Virus record (IMG/VR): IMGVR_UViG_3300042820_000065
Span: 4,934 to 68,933 of that record
Length of the DNA: 64,000 nt
Strand: one strand, 5' to 3'
Origin: a virus
Under the pieces are notes generated by a model that saw only the letters and a list, made by a program, of their open reading frames with translations, did not search any database and was not told where the DNA came from. Within the stretch, counting starts at the first letter, position 1, and each line of letters opens with the position of its first letter. The position numbers and the translations under genes are program-made. Positions 46,621 through 55,654 of the stretch are shown one piece after another.

Positions 46621-47359
46621 CGTTGAGTCGTGCGGATACATTTTCGGCAAGAACGGTGTCGGCGATCGAGTCGTCGCCGTAGAGAACACAGCGATTGACC
46701 CGGCCGGATCGTTCGTCATGAATCCGGACGGGATACTCTCGGCCTTCGCCGAGGCGGACGGGCGGGACGAATCCCTGATCGCCGTCTACCACTCGCACCC
46801 CCGCTCGGAAGCGATCCCATCCGAAACCGACCAATCCGTACCGGATATCGAACCGGCCCAACTGGTCATCTCCCTTGCCGACGGAGCGCCACGAGCGCGG
46901 GCCTGGCGACTGCACATACCGTTCATCGGCCAGCGGGGGGCGATCGAGGTTCTCCTGCACGTTTCGGACGATGGGCAGCCGTTCCTGATGAGCCCGCCGA
47001 AGTTCCCGTGGGCCCTGATGGTCGGCAATACGGTCCAGATCTCCTACAGCCGCTACGGGCACGCCGAACACCGGACGATCCAGGCGAAAGTCATTGCCCA
47101 TGAAGGGGATGGCGTCAGGCTGGAGACACAGAAGAAGATCGACCCCCGCTCCCTGCCGATAGAACGGGTCAAGCGGGTGGCTGTTGTTGACGAGTCGGAC
47201 GCGGCGAAACGGATGCGGCAGAAGATGGTCCTGCTGGCCAGGCATGCCGGACACCTCCTGGCCGTCGGTGATTTCGAGGAGGTGTCCCGCGTGGTCGAGA
47301 TCCTGGCCGCTGCCTTCCCCACCACGATCGAACACTACGAACCGAGGAGAGGAAAATAA
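46538..47359 (+). CDS. JAB/MPN (JAMM) metalloprotease with C-terminal extension
   Basis: E.CG..G...VYHSHP...PSETD; GGAGG before TTG at 46538. Confidence 0.85.
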   Translation: MTRPDDTPLSITAAALQAASAHCLHNRDVESCGYIFGKNGVGDRVVAVENTAIDPAGSFVMNPDGILSAFAEADGRDESLIAVYHSHPRSEAIPSETDQSVPDIEPAQLVISLADGAPRARAWRLHIPFIGQRGAIEVLLHVSDDGQPFLMSPPKFPWALMVGNTVQISYSRYGHAEHRTIQAKVIAHEGDGVRLETQKKIDPRSLPIERVKRVAVVDESDAAKRMRQKMVLLARHAGHLLAVGDFEEVSRVVEILAAAFPTTIEHYEPRRGK

Positions 47360-47931
47360 TGGACGAGTTCGCCGTCGCCCTGTACGGGGCCATGCTGTCC
47401 GGGTTGGTGACCGGAGTGGCCTGGCGGAGCAGGTTTTTCGTCTGCACCTGCGGGACCGTTGCCGGTGGCGAACTCCTCTGGCTGACGTTCCTTTCCGATG
47501 TCCTGCCCGGTTCGTCCTGGCTGCACATCGGGACCGGCGTCGTGCTGATCGCTGTGTCCGCTACCTACAATCCGCCGAGAGGAAGAGATGAACCGCATAG
47601 ACGCAGTCGTGCTCGGAGGCCCGATGGACGGCCGAGAGGTCGTCATCGCGAAGGGAGCGAAGCATTGGGTATATCCGACGACGACCGGCGGGACGTTCCC
47701 TACGGAAGTGGAGCGATATCCGGTCGAGCGGAACTCGAACGGGAAATGGTTCGCCGTCTATCCGCCGCTGCACAAGAAGATCGAGGAGGCGAAAAGCCGT
47801 GGGGAACAATGGCCCTGAGCCCGACGACGACCTTGCGCTTGAGCCGGTCTGCGAAGGCTGCTCCGGTCGCGCCGGTTTCACCCGAGACTGGCATTCCGAT
47901 CTCGACCGATGGATATGTGCCGCCTGCCTGA
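47359..47931 (+). CDS. Membrane protein (C-terminal part doubtful)
   Basis: Three TM segments in the first 70 aa; the remainder overlaps other ORFs. Confidence 0.4.
   Translation: MDEFAVALYGAMLSGLVTGVAWRSRFFVCTCGTVAGGELLWLTFLSDVLPGSSWLHIGTGVVLIAVSATYNPPRGRDEPHRRSRARRPDGRPRGRHREGSEALGISDDDRRDVPYGSGAISGRAELEREMVRRLSAAAQEDRGGEKPWGTMALSPTTTLRLSRSAKAAPVAPVSPETGIPISTDGYVPPA
47588..47818 (+). CDS. Hypothetical protein
   Basis: GAGGAAGAG RBS; VLGGPMDG motif. Confidence 0.55.
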   Translation: MNRIDAVVLGGPMDGREVVIAKGAKHWVYPTTTGGTFPTEVERYPVERNSNGKWFAVYPPLHKKIEEAKSRGEQWP

Positions 47932-47989
47932 GACCGACTCGATCGACGGCGCTTAGGATTCGCACAGCGGTAGGTCGTACCATGCGCTC

Positions 47990-48871
47990 ATGAGCGAATC
48001 CTTCACGGTGACCCGAAAGACAATCGACAGTAGCGATCCCCGGCTCGGCCGTCATGTGAACCACGACAGCCGCAGCCGGGCTTTCGCGTTCCGGGCCCCG
48101 GTGGCCGTGACCTACAAGAGCGTGCTGCACGAGCGGTACATCCCGATCCTGGATCAGGGCGACCTTGGCTCCTGCACCGGCAACGCCGCGACCGGCCACA
48201 TCGGGACCGGTGACTTCTACGCACCGGCCGTGGCGCTGCACCCGACGTTCTCCGGGGATGAAACCGAAGCCCTGGCCCTCTACTCCAAGGCGACCGAACT
48301 GGACGGGTACAGCGGCACCTATCCGCCGAACGACACGGGTTCTGACGGGCTCTCGGTAGCCAAGGCCGCGAAGCAGGCCGGTTTCATCAGCGGATACCTG
48401 CACACCTTCTCGTTCGACGACTTCATGGCGGCCGTGCAGAAGCAGCCCGTCATTGTCGGCGTCAACTGGTACAGCAACATGTTCAACCCGGACGGGCGTG
48501 GGCTCGTCACGATCCCGAAAGGCGACACGGTAGAGGGCGGGCACGAGTTCGTGATCCGTGGCTACGACGACCCGACGGGGGAACTCCTGGCCGACAATTC
48601 CTGGGGGACCGGCTGGGGCGCGGCCGGTTCGTTCCGTCTCGACTCAGCCACCATGAAGCGGCTTCTATCCGAGGACGGGGACTGCACGATGTTCGTCCCG
48701 CTCACGTCATCCCCGCCCGTGCCGGACCCGGTGACGCCCGTGCCGTCCGGTGCTGACGCAGCACTGGTGACGGCCGGGAACGCGTGGGAGAAGTCGATCC
48801 TCTCGAAGATCAGCAAGGCCGGGAAACTCCGGTCTGCTTTTGACAACTGGAAGGCAGCGAACGGATACTGA
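47990..48871 (+). CDS. Papain-like (C1A) cysteine peptidase
   Basis: DQG.LGSCTG (oxyanion Gln and catalytic Cys), GGH...GYD, NSWG..WG. Confidence 0.9.
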   Translation: MSESFTVTRKTIDSSDPRLGRHVNHDSRSRAFAFRAPVAVTYKSVLHERYIPILDQGDLGSCTGNAATGHIGTGDFYAPAVALHPTFSGDETEALALYSKATELDGYSGTYPPNDTGSDGLSVAKAAKQAGFISGYLHTFSFDDFMAAVQKQPVIVGVNWYSNMFNPDGRGLVTIPKGDTVEGGHEFVIRGYDDPTGELLADNSWGTGWGAAGSFRLDSATMKRLLSEDGDCTMFVPLTSSPPVPDPVTPVPSGADAALVTAGNAWEKSILSKISKAGKLRSAFDNWKAANGY

Positions 48872-49144
48872 TCCTGCCCTATGTGGGGGTCGCTGCTGAA
48901 ATGGCATGACGAAGGCCCGGACGATTGGAAACCGTCCGGGCCTTCTGCTATTTCAGGATGTCCAGGGATCGTTGTCCCATGGGTCGGATGGGCCAGGTGC
49001 CCACGGGCCAGTGGCCTGTGCCTTTCGGCCGAAACAGGCTCTCGGCCAGGCCGGGTATGTCGTGGCCAGCCTCTCGCTCGCAACGCCAGCCGCCGGATTC
49101 CGTTGCGACGCAGCGCTTCGGAAGTCGGCGCTCGAATCGGAAAC

Positions 49145-50155
49145 TCACTTCATCACCAGGACCCTGGTGTCCGAAACGAGTTTCCGCGTCTCGGACTGAC
49201 TCTGGACGAACACGGTGTAGAGCGGGTTGTCGGTCGGCGACATCGTGATGCCTTCGCGATCCGGCAGGCCGATCAGGTGGCGCGCGTCCTGGCCACCGAA
49301 GACCTTGCCGGTCGCCTTCTCCTCGATCATGACGGCCTTCTTCCAGCCGATCGTTTCGCGCTTCGTCAACTGGTAGAACGACTTTCCCCGGCTGAACGAC
49401 CCGACGTACCGCGTCACAAACGGAGCGATCACTTCGCCAACCTGACCGACCCTCAGGTCGTGGTAAGCCTTCTTCGGGATCGGAACGAGCGCGGCTGCCG
49501 CAACGGTCTGCGGGTTCAGCGCGTCCAGGCCGGTCGAGAAGAGGGTGCGGGTGCCGCGAACGCCCGTGGCCCGCATGGTCATGAAGTTGTCGGTGGCGCG
49601 CTGGATCACCGACCCGACGTGAGCCACGCCAGCGCTCGACTTCGCGTCCCAGATCTCGCAGTTGTCGGCCGGAAAGCCGTACTGCCGGGCCTTGTCCAGA
49701 CTCCGGTGATCTGGCACGAGGGTCGCGAGGGTGAAGTTGTCCGGCTGCGTAGCGAGTAGGACAACGAGATCTTTAGGGTCGTTGTCCCGCGACGCGTTCT
49801 CCAGCCCATCCGTCACGACGAAGGTCAGGAAGGCATGATCCCCGTACATGGTTGCGGTTCTCGCCAGATCCTCCTGACTCTGGACCGTCGCGTCAATCAG
49901 CGCGGTCATGTCGCCGATGCTGTACAGGTTCGCGATCGACGGCAGGCGCAGGACGTCCTTGTCGAAGATCACGCATCGAACGTCCTTGTCGAACGTGTAG
50001 ACGCTGACTCGAACCTCGCGGTCGAGATCCTTGGAACGTCGCGCCAGGTATTCGATCTGGCCATCGACGACCTTGATCACGTCACGCTTGTGGCCGGACA
50101 TCGAGCCGGACGCGTCCATGACGATGGCGATGTGGTCGATCTGGTTTTGGATCAT
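49145..50155 (-). CDS. von Willebrand factor A domain protein
   Basis: MIDAS DASGSM, TALIDA, VVTDGLEN; GAGAGG RBS. Confidence 0.85.
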   Translation of the reverse strand: MIQNQIDHIAIVMDASGSMSGHKRDVIKVVDGQIEYLARRSKDLDREVRVSVYTFDKDVRCVIFDKDVLRLPSIANLYSIGDMTALIDATVQSQEDLARTATMYGDHAFLTFVVTDGLENASRDNDPKDLVVLLATQPDNFTLATLVPDHRSLDKARQYGFPADNCEIWDAKSSAGVAHVGSVIQRATDNFMTMRATGVRGTRTLFSTGLDALNPQTVAAAALVPIPKKAYHDLRVGQVGEVIAPFVTRYVGSFSRGKSFYQLTKRETIGWKKAVMIEEKATGKVFGGQDARHLIGLPDREGITMSPTDNPLYTVFVQSQSETRKLVSDTRVLVMK

Positions 50156-50865
50156 TTCACCTCTCCCGGGCAGGTCTTGGCGTGCTGAAAGATCTTCCAT
50201 GGTGGAGTGATCCATTCGTGGCAGCCTGGGCGCCTCATCGCTTCGTCCCCTTGCAGACCCCGGCATGGATCGCCTTCGGAATCGCTCCGTTGGTGATGTC
50301 CTTGCCGCACGAAGGACACTTCACCTTCGCCGGAGGATACGGATCGCCCTTACGTCGCCCCGGACTGTCCTGGCTGTGCTTGCCCATCGTAAACTCCTAT
50401 TGCTTCGGTGGTTTCGGTCCCTTGTGGCCTGTGAGCGCGTGATGAATGCCCCACGCGAGAGCCTGTTTCGGCAGATTGAACTTGCGCCCACATGAACACT
50501 TGAAGATCATTTGTAGAATCCCCTCTTTTTGTCGTGCTTCATGTTGCCCTTCAGGTACTTCAGCCATTTCGGATAGCAAATGGCGGCCCGCGCCGCCATT
50601 TTCGCCATGTTGGCAGTCTTGTACTTGTTGCAGGGCAGGCACGTGACCTCGGGTAGGGCCGTCAGCGCGTCCAATCCTTCCCGTTCCGCAACTTCTCGTT
50701 GTACTTTCGGCCGTTCTCGTTCGATCGGTGCTGATGCTCGGCCTTGATCTTCTTCTTCGGGCTGGCCCAGCGGGACACTTTCGGACCCATCTGCGGGCGA
50801 GCACCCTTGTTGATGAAAAACCCCACGTCGACCTCCTAGATCAGGAGCAGATCCCCGCCTGCTCT

Positions 50866-50901
50866 GTGACCATCATACACCAAACGACTCGTGGTTTACA
50901 A
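50866..50901 (-). promoter_or_regulatory. Conserved phage promoter
   Basis: TTGTAA-N18-TATGAT-GGTCAC. Confidence 0.75.
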
Positions 50902-51376
50902 CTCTCGGACCGCCCGCGTTCGTCGGAGTCGATCGGCGTGACGCACGAACCGATTCGATGATGTTCTGGATCATCCCGACGTGAGCGGCCAGGCGATCGA
51001 CGACGTCGGCCGGACTGTAGCCGTCATAATGCGGAGCCGCGTCCATGGTTTCGCAATGATCGAACATTTCCCAGTAGGCGGCCTCGATGTGGTAGGAGAT
51101 CGGACCACCGGCCGTGTTCATGCCGACGATGAACATGCCATCGAACATCGATCCGTCTTCGTGCGCCTTGGAGCGCCACGTCCGCTGCGCCGACAGGGCC
51201 GTCACGACGGCGAACAGGACGGCACGGTGTTGGTACAATTCATCGAACGTGTGGTGGCCGTCGGACACCTTGCCACTGTCGATCGGGCCGACGCTGTAGG
51301 TGTCCAGAATCCGACTCAGACCGATGCGCAGGTCGTCCTGCGTCGACTCGACCGGAAAGTTAATGCTGTCGCTCAT
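50873..51376 (-). CDS. Conserved phage hypothetical protein
   Basis: SDGHHTFDELY.HR..LF..W.SK.H.DGSMFDG.FIVG..ISYH pattern. Confidence 0.7.
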   Translation of the reverse strand: MSDSINFPVESTQDDLRIGLSRILDTYSVGPIDSGKVSDGHHTFDELYQHRAVLFAVVTALSAQRTWRSKAHEDGSMFDGMFIVGMNTAGGPISYHIEAAYWEMFDHCETMDAAPHYDGYSPADVVDRLAAHVGMIQNIIESVRASRRSTPTNAGGPRVVNHESFGV

Positions 51377-51591
51377 GATTTCCCCTCAATGACGCGGATG
51401 AGGCCGTCCCGTGATCCGTACGTCCGGACCGCTTCGATGCCGCGCTGACTACATCCGGGATGCCGCCCGCACGTCTTGGTGTGACGGCTGAAATGCTTCT
51501 GGTAGATGCGGATTGCCCAGATCGTTACGGCGCGCGGCGGAACGATACCGAGGCGCGCCAGGATCGGAATGACGCTGAACGGCTTCGCCAT
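51373..51591 (-). CDS. YidD-like membrane protein insertion efficiency factor
   Basis: IRIYQKHFS..TCGRHPGCS..GIEAVRTYG..G fits the YidD pattern IR.YQ..IS..C...P.CS...EA...G..G. Confidence 0.6.
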   Translation of the reverse strand: MAKPFSVIPILARLGIVPPRAVTIWAIRIYQKHFSRHTKTCGRHPGCSQRGIEAVRTYGSRDGLIRVIEGKS

Positions 51592-51620
51592 GAAACAGTC
51601 GCCCTGCTGCTGATCTCCCA

Positions 51621-53204
51621 TTACGGCATGCCCAATCTGTGTAGTAGTGCCCAGTCCTGCTCGGTGTTCTCGCCTTCGGCGTCGGTAGGATCGGGCACGA
51701 AAAATCCCTGATCCTCTGCGTATCCGCCCTCGTTCATCTGATAAGTGAAGCGTCCCTTCAGTTCCAGCGGGATGTCACGGCCGACGGTCGCCTTGCCGTA
51801 CAGCATCATCGCCGCGTCCCGACTGAGCGGGCCGACGCTGATCCGGCCGGGGCAGTTGTCGCGGGCGTCGCCGCCGAACCATTTCGCGTCCGGCCGCTGC
51901 GTCCCGATGATGATGTGGATCCACAACTTTCGCGCCATCGCCAGGAGCGTAGCGATGGATTCGATTGGCTCGATGGGGCTGGAGATCGTCTTGCGCTTGT
52001 TCGTCCGGATGGAGTAGCGGCCCATCCGCTTCACGTACTCGCGGTACTCGTCGATGATGACGATCCACGGCGTGAACTCAGTGACCTTCGCGCCCTCATG
52101 CTCCACGGCCCGCTGCCGTCGTTCCATCTCTCGCTCGATCTCCATGGGCATGCCGTACATCTGATCGTCTTCGGTCAGAACGGCCTTGATGCCCGGCCAG
52201 CCACGAAAACCGATTAGTTCCACGCGTTTTGGATCGAAAAGGATGAGTTCGATCTCGCCCTTGGCGGCAGCGTCGGCGCAAGCAATGATCATGCTCCGGA
52301 AGATCGACGTTTTACCGGCCAGGGTGGCACCGATGACGAGCACGTGCGGCGCGACCTTCAGGTTGACGATGGTCGAGGGTCCGATCGGCAGGAGATGCCA
52401 CGGCTTGCCCGGCGCGATGCCAGGGTGGTCGATCCGGGCGGGAAGTTCGGGCCTCTTCTCGGTGTAGAACCAGTCCTCCTGCTCGTTCCAGTCGCAACGC
52501 CACCGGCCGCCCATCTTGGCCGAGATGCGTTCCTGCACCTTCAGTTTCGCGTTGTCGTCCCGGTCGGCGAAGTCGGTGCTCCGATAGGTGACCTTGAATC
52601 CGAGACGACCAGCGCCATCGGTCGGCGTGCCGGTCGGGTAGACCTTGACGTATCCCTTGTCGCCCATCTCGGCTCGGACCGCAGCAGCGATGCGCTGGGC
52701 CGGGGTCTCGCCGGTCGGCTTCACCACCTCCGGGGTGTCGTCCTGGCCGAAAGAGGCGTGGGCCAACCCATAGGCCAGGTAGAGAGCGAGCAGCACGACG
52801 TTCCACCACATCGTCACCTGATGCAGAAGGTGCAGCGCCGGAGCGATCGGCCTGCCCTGGGCCTGAAGATAGGTGAGGTAGAGCAGGTATCCGCCCGCAC
52901 TCGCGGTCAGCGCCGGGATGATGACGCGGATGGGGTTACGGTTAGCCCTCCTCCGCGCGGTAGCGCGGGCACCGGCCTCTTCTGCGGACTTTTCCTTATG
53001 GCAGGACGGCCCGGATTTCGGGTAGCAGAGGGGCTGAAGGTTCTCCGGCTCATGCCCGCCGCCCCGGTGCTCCGGGAGAATGTGGTCGACCTGCACCTCG
53101 TCCCGTGGGAAGAGGGACTGGCAGTGCGCACATTTCACGCGATCCCCGACGGCGTGCGCGTCGAGGATCTGCATCCGGAGCGACCGGGGCAGCGGGCTGC
53201 TCAT
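51621..53204 (-). CDS. HNH - 2TM - FtsK/SpoIIIE ATPase fusion (candidate coupling protein/DNA translocase)
   Basis: CAHC..VDHILP..GG..ENLQPLC..CH; two TMs; PHVLVIGATLAGKT, DPKRVE, IIDEY, ARK..IHII.GTQRP. Confidence 0.88.
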   Translation of the reverse strand: MSSPLPRSLRMQILDAHAVGDRVKCAHCQSLFPRDEVQVDHILPEHRGGGHEPENLQPLCYPKSGPSCHKEKSAEEAGARATARRRANRNPIRVIIPALTASAGGYLLYLTYLQAQGRPIAPALHLLHQVTMWWNVVLLALYLAYGLAHASFGQDDTPEVVKPTGETPAQRIAAAVRAEMGDKGYVKVYPTGTPTDGAGRLGFKVTYRSTDFADRDDNAKLKVQERISAKMGGRWRCDWNEQEDWFYTEKRPELPARIDHPGIAPGKPWHLLPIGPSTIVNLKVAPHVLVIGATLAGKTSIFRSMIIACADAAAKGEIELILFDPKRVELIGFRGWPGIKAVLTEDDQMYGMPMEIEREMERRQRAVEHEGAKVTEFTPWIVIIDEYREYVKRMGRYSIRTNKRKTISSPIEPIESIATLLAMARKLWIHIIIGTQRPDAKWFGGDARDNCPGRISVGPLSRDAAMMLYGKATVGRDIPLELKGRFTYQMNEGGYAEDQGFFVPDPTDAEGENTEQDWALLHRLGMP

Positions 53205-53207
53205 GAA

Positions 53208-53678
53208 CTAGTCGAGTCCCCCGCCGAACATGGGCTCGATCTCGATCCACTGCCCCTTGAACGTGGCCCACGCCCGGCTGAGATGGCGGACGATCTCAGA
53301 ATCGAGGTTGTCCGTCTGGACCTCGATCAGGGCTCGGGCCAGCAAGGTCGTGGCCGAGAAGAAAGTACCCTGCGGACCCTTGATCGCTACCTTCCGGTCG
53401 AGTTGCTTCGGCTCGCCCGCGACAATCCGGGGCTCGCTGGAGTGGAAGATGAGGTCGTTCATCTCCTCCGCCAGCATGATGGCGGAGGAGTGCGTCATCT
53501 CCTCACCGGCGGCCTCGCTCGCTTGGGCGACGAGATCGATGCTGGCGGTGAGGCAGATCCACTCCGCTTCGGTCGCCGTGAGCGTGATCTCCTTCTCGTC
53601 CTCGCCGAGAATGCGCATCGTCATTTCGACTGGGACGGCGAGCATCATCCGGTCCTGGCTGGTCATCTCTTCCATCAC
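53208..53678 (-). CDS. Hypothetical protein
   Basis: GGAG RBS; in the operon with the FtsK gene. Confidence 0.55.
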   Translation of the reverse strand: MMEEMTSQDRMMLAVPVEMTMRILGEDEKEITLTATEAEWICLTASIDLVAQASEAAGEEMTHSSAIMLAEEMNDLIFHSSEPRIVAGEPKQLDRKVAIKGPQGTFFSATTLLARALIEVQTDNLDSEIVRHLSRAWATFKGQWIEIEPMFGGGLD

Positions 53679-54122
53679 TCAGTTCTCCTTGCTCGCAGGG
53701 GTGACCATGGCCTGCTCGGCGAAAGTCTTGATAGCCGAGCGCATTACGGCCTCGCCGTGCTTGACGTTGTCAGGCATCGGTCCGGCCGCATCCATCTCGG
53801 ACGCGAAGGCAGCCAGCGAGACGGCCCCGGCGACGAGCGCGGCGGCCGTGATGGGGACGGTGGTGGTCGAGGTCATGTCGGCCGCGTCCTGAAACAGGGG
53901 CGGATCGGCCTGGGTCAGCAGGGACTCGGCGATCTCGATGCCGTACTTGATGCCGCAGGCGGCCCCGAGCCGATCGAGCGGATTGGTGCTGTTCTCCAGT
54001 ATCTCGCAGAGCCGGGTGTGAGCAGTGAGCAGTGCGGACCACTCTTCGTTCGTGGCCTTGACCTCGACCACGGCCTTGTGATCGACGTCGATAGACTTCA
54101 GCAGCAGGTCGGCCTGGTCCAT
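53679..54122 (-). CDS. Hypothetical protein
   Basis: GGGAG RBS; first gene after the leftward promoter. Confidence 0.55.
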   Translation of the reverse strand: MDQADLLLKSIDVDHKAVVEVKATNEEWSALLTAHTRLCEILENSTNPLDRLGAACGIKYGIEIAESLLTQADPPLFQDAADMTSTTTVPITAAALVAGAVSLAAFASEMDAAGPMPDNVKHGEAVMRSAIKTFAEQAMVTPASKEN

Positions 54123-54156
54123 GTGAACTCCCGTTCGTGGGGGACGTCTTCGGTGT

Positions 54157-54192
54157 GAGACCATCATGCACCAGTTGTAGAAGAGGTGTCAA
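54157..54192 (-). promoter_or_regulatory. Conserved phage promoter for the FtsK operon
   Basis: TTGACA-N18-CATGAT-GGTCTC. Confidence 0.8.
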
Positions 54193-54265
54193 CTCCCCAG
54201 GTCAGGATCGTGGGTGGGCGTTCGGTGGTTCAGATTTTTTTCCGCGACAGGGCCCGAACGAACCC

Positions 54266-54301
54266 TTTACAACTCGTCTACTAGTGGTGCATGATGGTCA
54301 C
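54266..54301 (+). promoter_or_regulatory. Conserved phage promoter, divergent from 54192
   Basis: TTTACA-N18-CATGAT-GGTCAC-t-ATG. Confidence 0.8.
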
Positions 54302-54302
54302 T

Positions 54303-54743
54303 ATGACGACACAACGTGAAGCCAGGTCGCTGGCCCTGCGCCTGATGAATCAGTTCGGCCTGCTCCCCAGATGGGGCCTCGGGTTTGACAATGCCCGAAG
54401 TCGAGCCGGTTGCACGCGCGGCCGGGAACGGAAGATCACTCTGTCCCGGCACTTCGTCCAGAACAATTCGCTCGACCGGATCGAGCAGACGATCCGGCAC
54501 GAGATCGCCCACGCGCTCGTCGGGACACGCCACGGTCACGACAAGGAATGGCAGGCGATGGCCAGAGAGGTCGGTCACACCGGCGAACGGTGCTACAGCG
54601 CGGCCGACACGGTGATGCCGCTGAAGCCGTGGATCGGGGTCTGCGGCTGCGATCATGAATGGGAGCGGCACCGACTGACCGAGCGGATGCGGACGGCCAC
54701 TTGCGCCGCCTGCCACCAGCCGTTGAAGTGGAGGCACCGATGA
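54303..54743 (+). CDS. SprT-like Zn metalloprotease
   Basis: FDNARSRAG..I.LS...TIRHEIAHAL...HGH..EW..C.C motif. Confidence 0.85.
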   Translation: MTTQREARSLALRLMNQFGLLPRWGLGFDNARSRAGCTRGRERKITLSRHFVQNNSLDRIEQTIRHEIAHALVGTRHGHDKEWQAMAREVGHTGERCYSAADTVMPLKPWIGVCGCDHEWERHRLTERMRTATCAACHQPLKWRHR

Positions 54744-54858
54744 GTGGCAAGCAGAGCAAGTCGGGTCAGGTCTACTGCGCCGCCTGCCGGACGAACGTCA
54801 GCGCGAAAGCCTGGCCGATCCATCAGCGCATCCTCTGCCCCGGACCACCGAAGCGATC

Positions 54859-54893
54859 TTGACTTCAAGATCGCTCTAGTGCATGATGGTCAC
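54859..54893 (+). promoter_or_regulatory. Conserved phage promoter (leaderless)
   Basis: TTGACT-N17-CATGAT-GGTCAC-ATG. Confidence 0.8.
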
Positions 54894-55100
54894 ATGTTCA
54901 ATGAGGATGCGACCGAAGTGATCGAAGCCCTGCTCAACGTACGTGGCGACATCACATCGAAGGACCTGCCGTTCGTCCATGCTCAGGTCGCTGCGAATTA
55001 TCGCGACGAGCATCCTGGCGTGCGCTACGAATGGTGGACGGAAAAGACCGGTCCCGGACGATCCGAGATCGTATGGCGCTTATCGAAGGAGATTCCATGA
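54894..55100 (+). CDS. Hypothetical protein
   Basis: Leaderless ATG at the predicted TSS. Confidence 0.55.
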   Translation: MFNEDATEVIEALLNVRGDITSKDLPFVHAQVAANYRDEHPGVRYEWWTEKTGPGRSEIVWRLSKEIP

Positions 55101-55654
55101 CTGATCCGATGTTCGATCACAAGGCCGAACTTCCGTACGGCGGCAAGAGCCGTCGGGAGAGTGAACAGCAGGAGCGAGAGGACGAATCCAGCACGACCAC
55201 GGCTCGCCAGGCGGCCACCATCGCGTTCATCAGGGACAAGGGTACCGTCGGAGCGACGTCGAAGGAATTGCAGCGACCATTCGCGTGGGGACACGGCCAG
55301 ACGTCGGGGGCGTGCAGCGTTCTGCACAAGACCGGCCACCTGGCCCGACTGACCGAGAAGCGGGACGGCTACTACGTCTACGTAGCGCCGGAGTTCGTCG
55401 GGGGGCGAGAGATGGGCGACTATCAGCCCGCCGCCGGGCCGAGCGATCCGGTCGAGGTGATCCGGCACGTCAGCACGGTCGAGATCAGGGAGGTGCCGCG
55501 CGTCCTCTCTCCCGATGATGTCGAGTTCGTGTCCAAGGTCTTCGGGGCGTTCGCGCTGGCCGAGTCGTCCGGGACGGACGTGCTGAAGATGAAGACGAAG
55601 ACTGTCCGTCGGCTGCTCACCATCGTCTCGGAACTTCAGGAGGTCAAGGGGTGA
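55097..55654 (+). CDS. Winged-HTH-like protein
   Basis: GATSKEL...HGQTSG..S.LHKTG.LARL..RDG..VY. Confidence 0.6.
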   Translation: MTDPMFDHKAELPYGGKSRRESEQQEREDESSTTTARQAATIAFIRDKGTVGATSKELQRPFAWGHGQTSGACSVLHKTGHLARLTEKRDGYYVYVAPEFVGGREMGDYQPAAGPSDPVEVIRHVSTVEIREVPRVLSPDDVEFVSKVFGAFALAESSGTDVLKMKTKTVRRLLTIVSELQEVKG

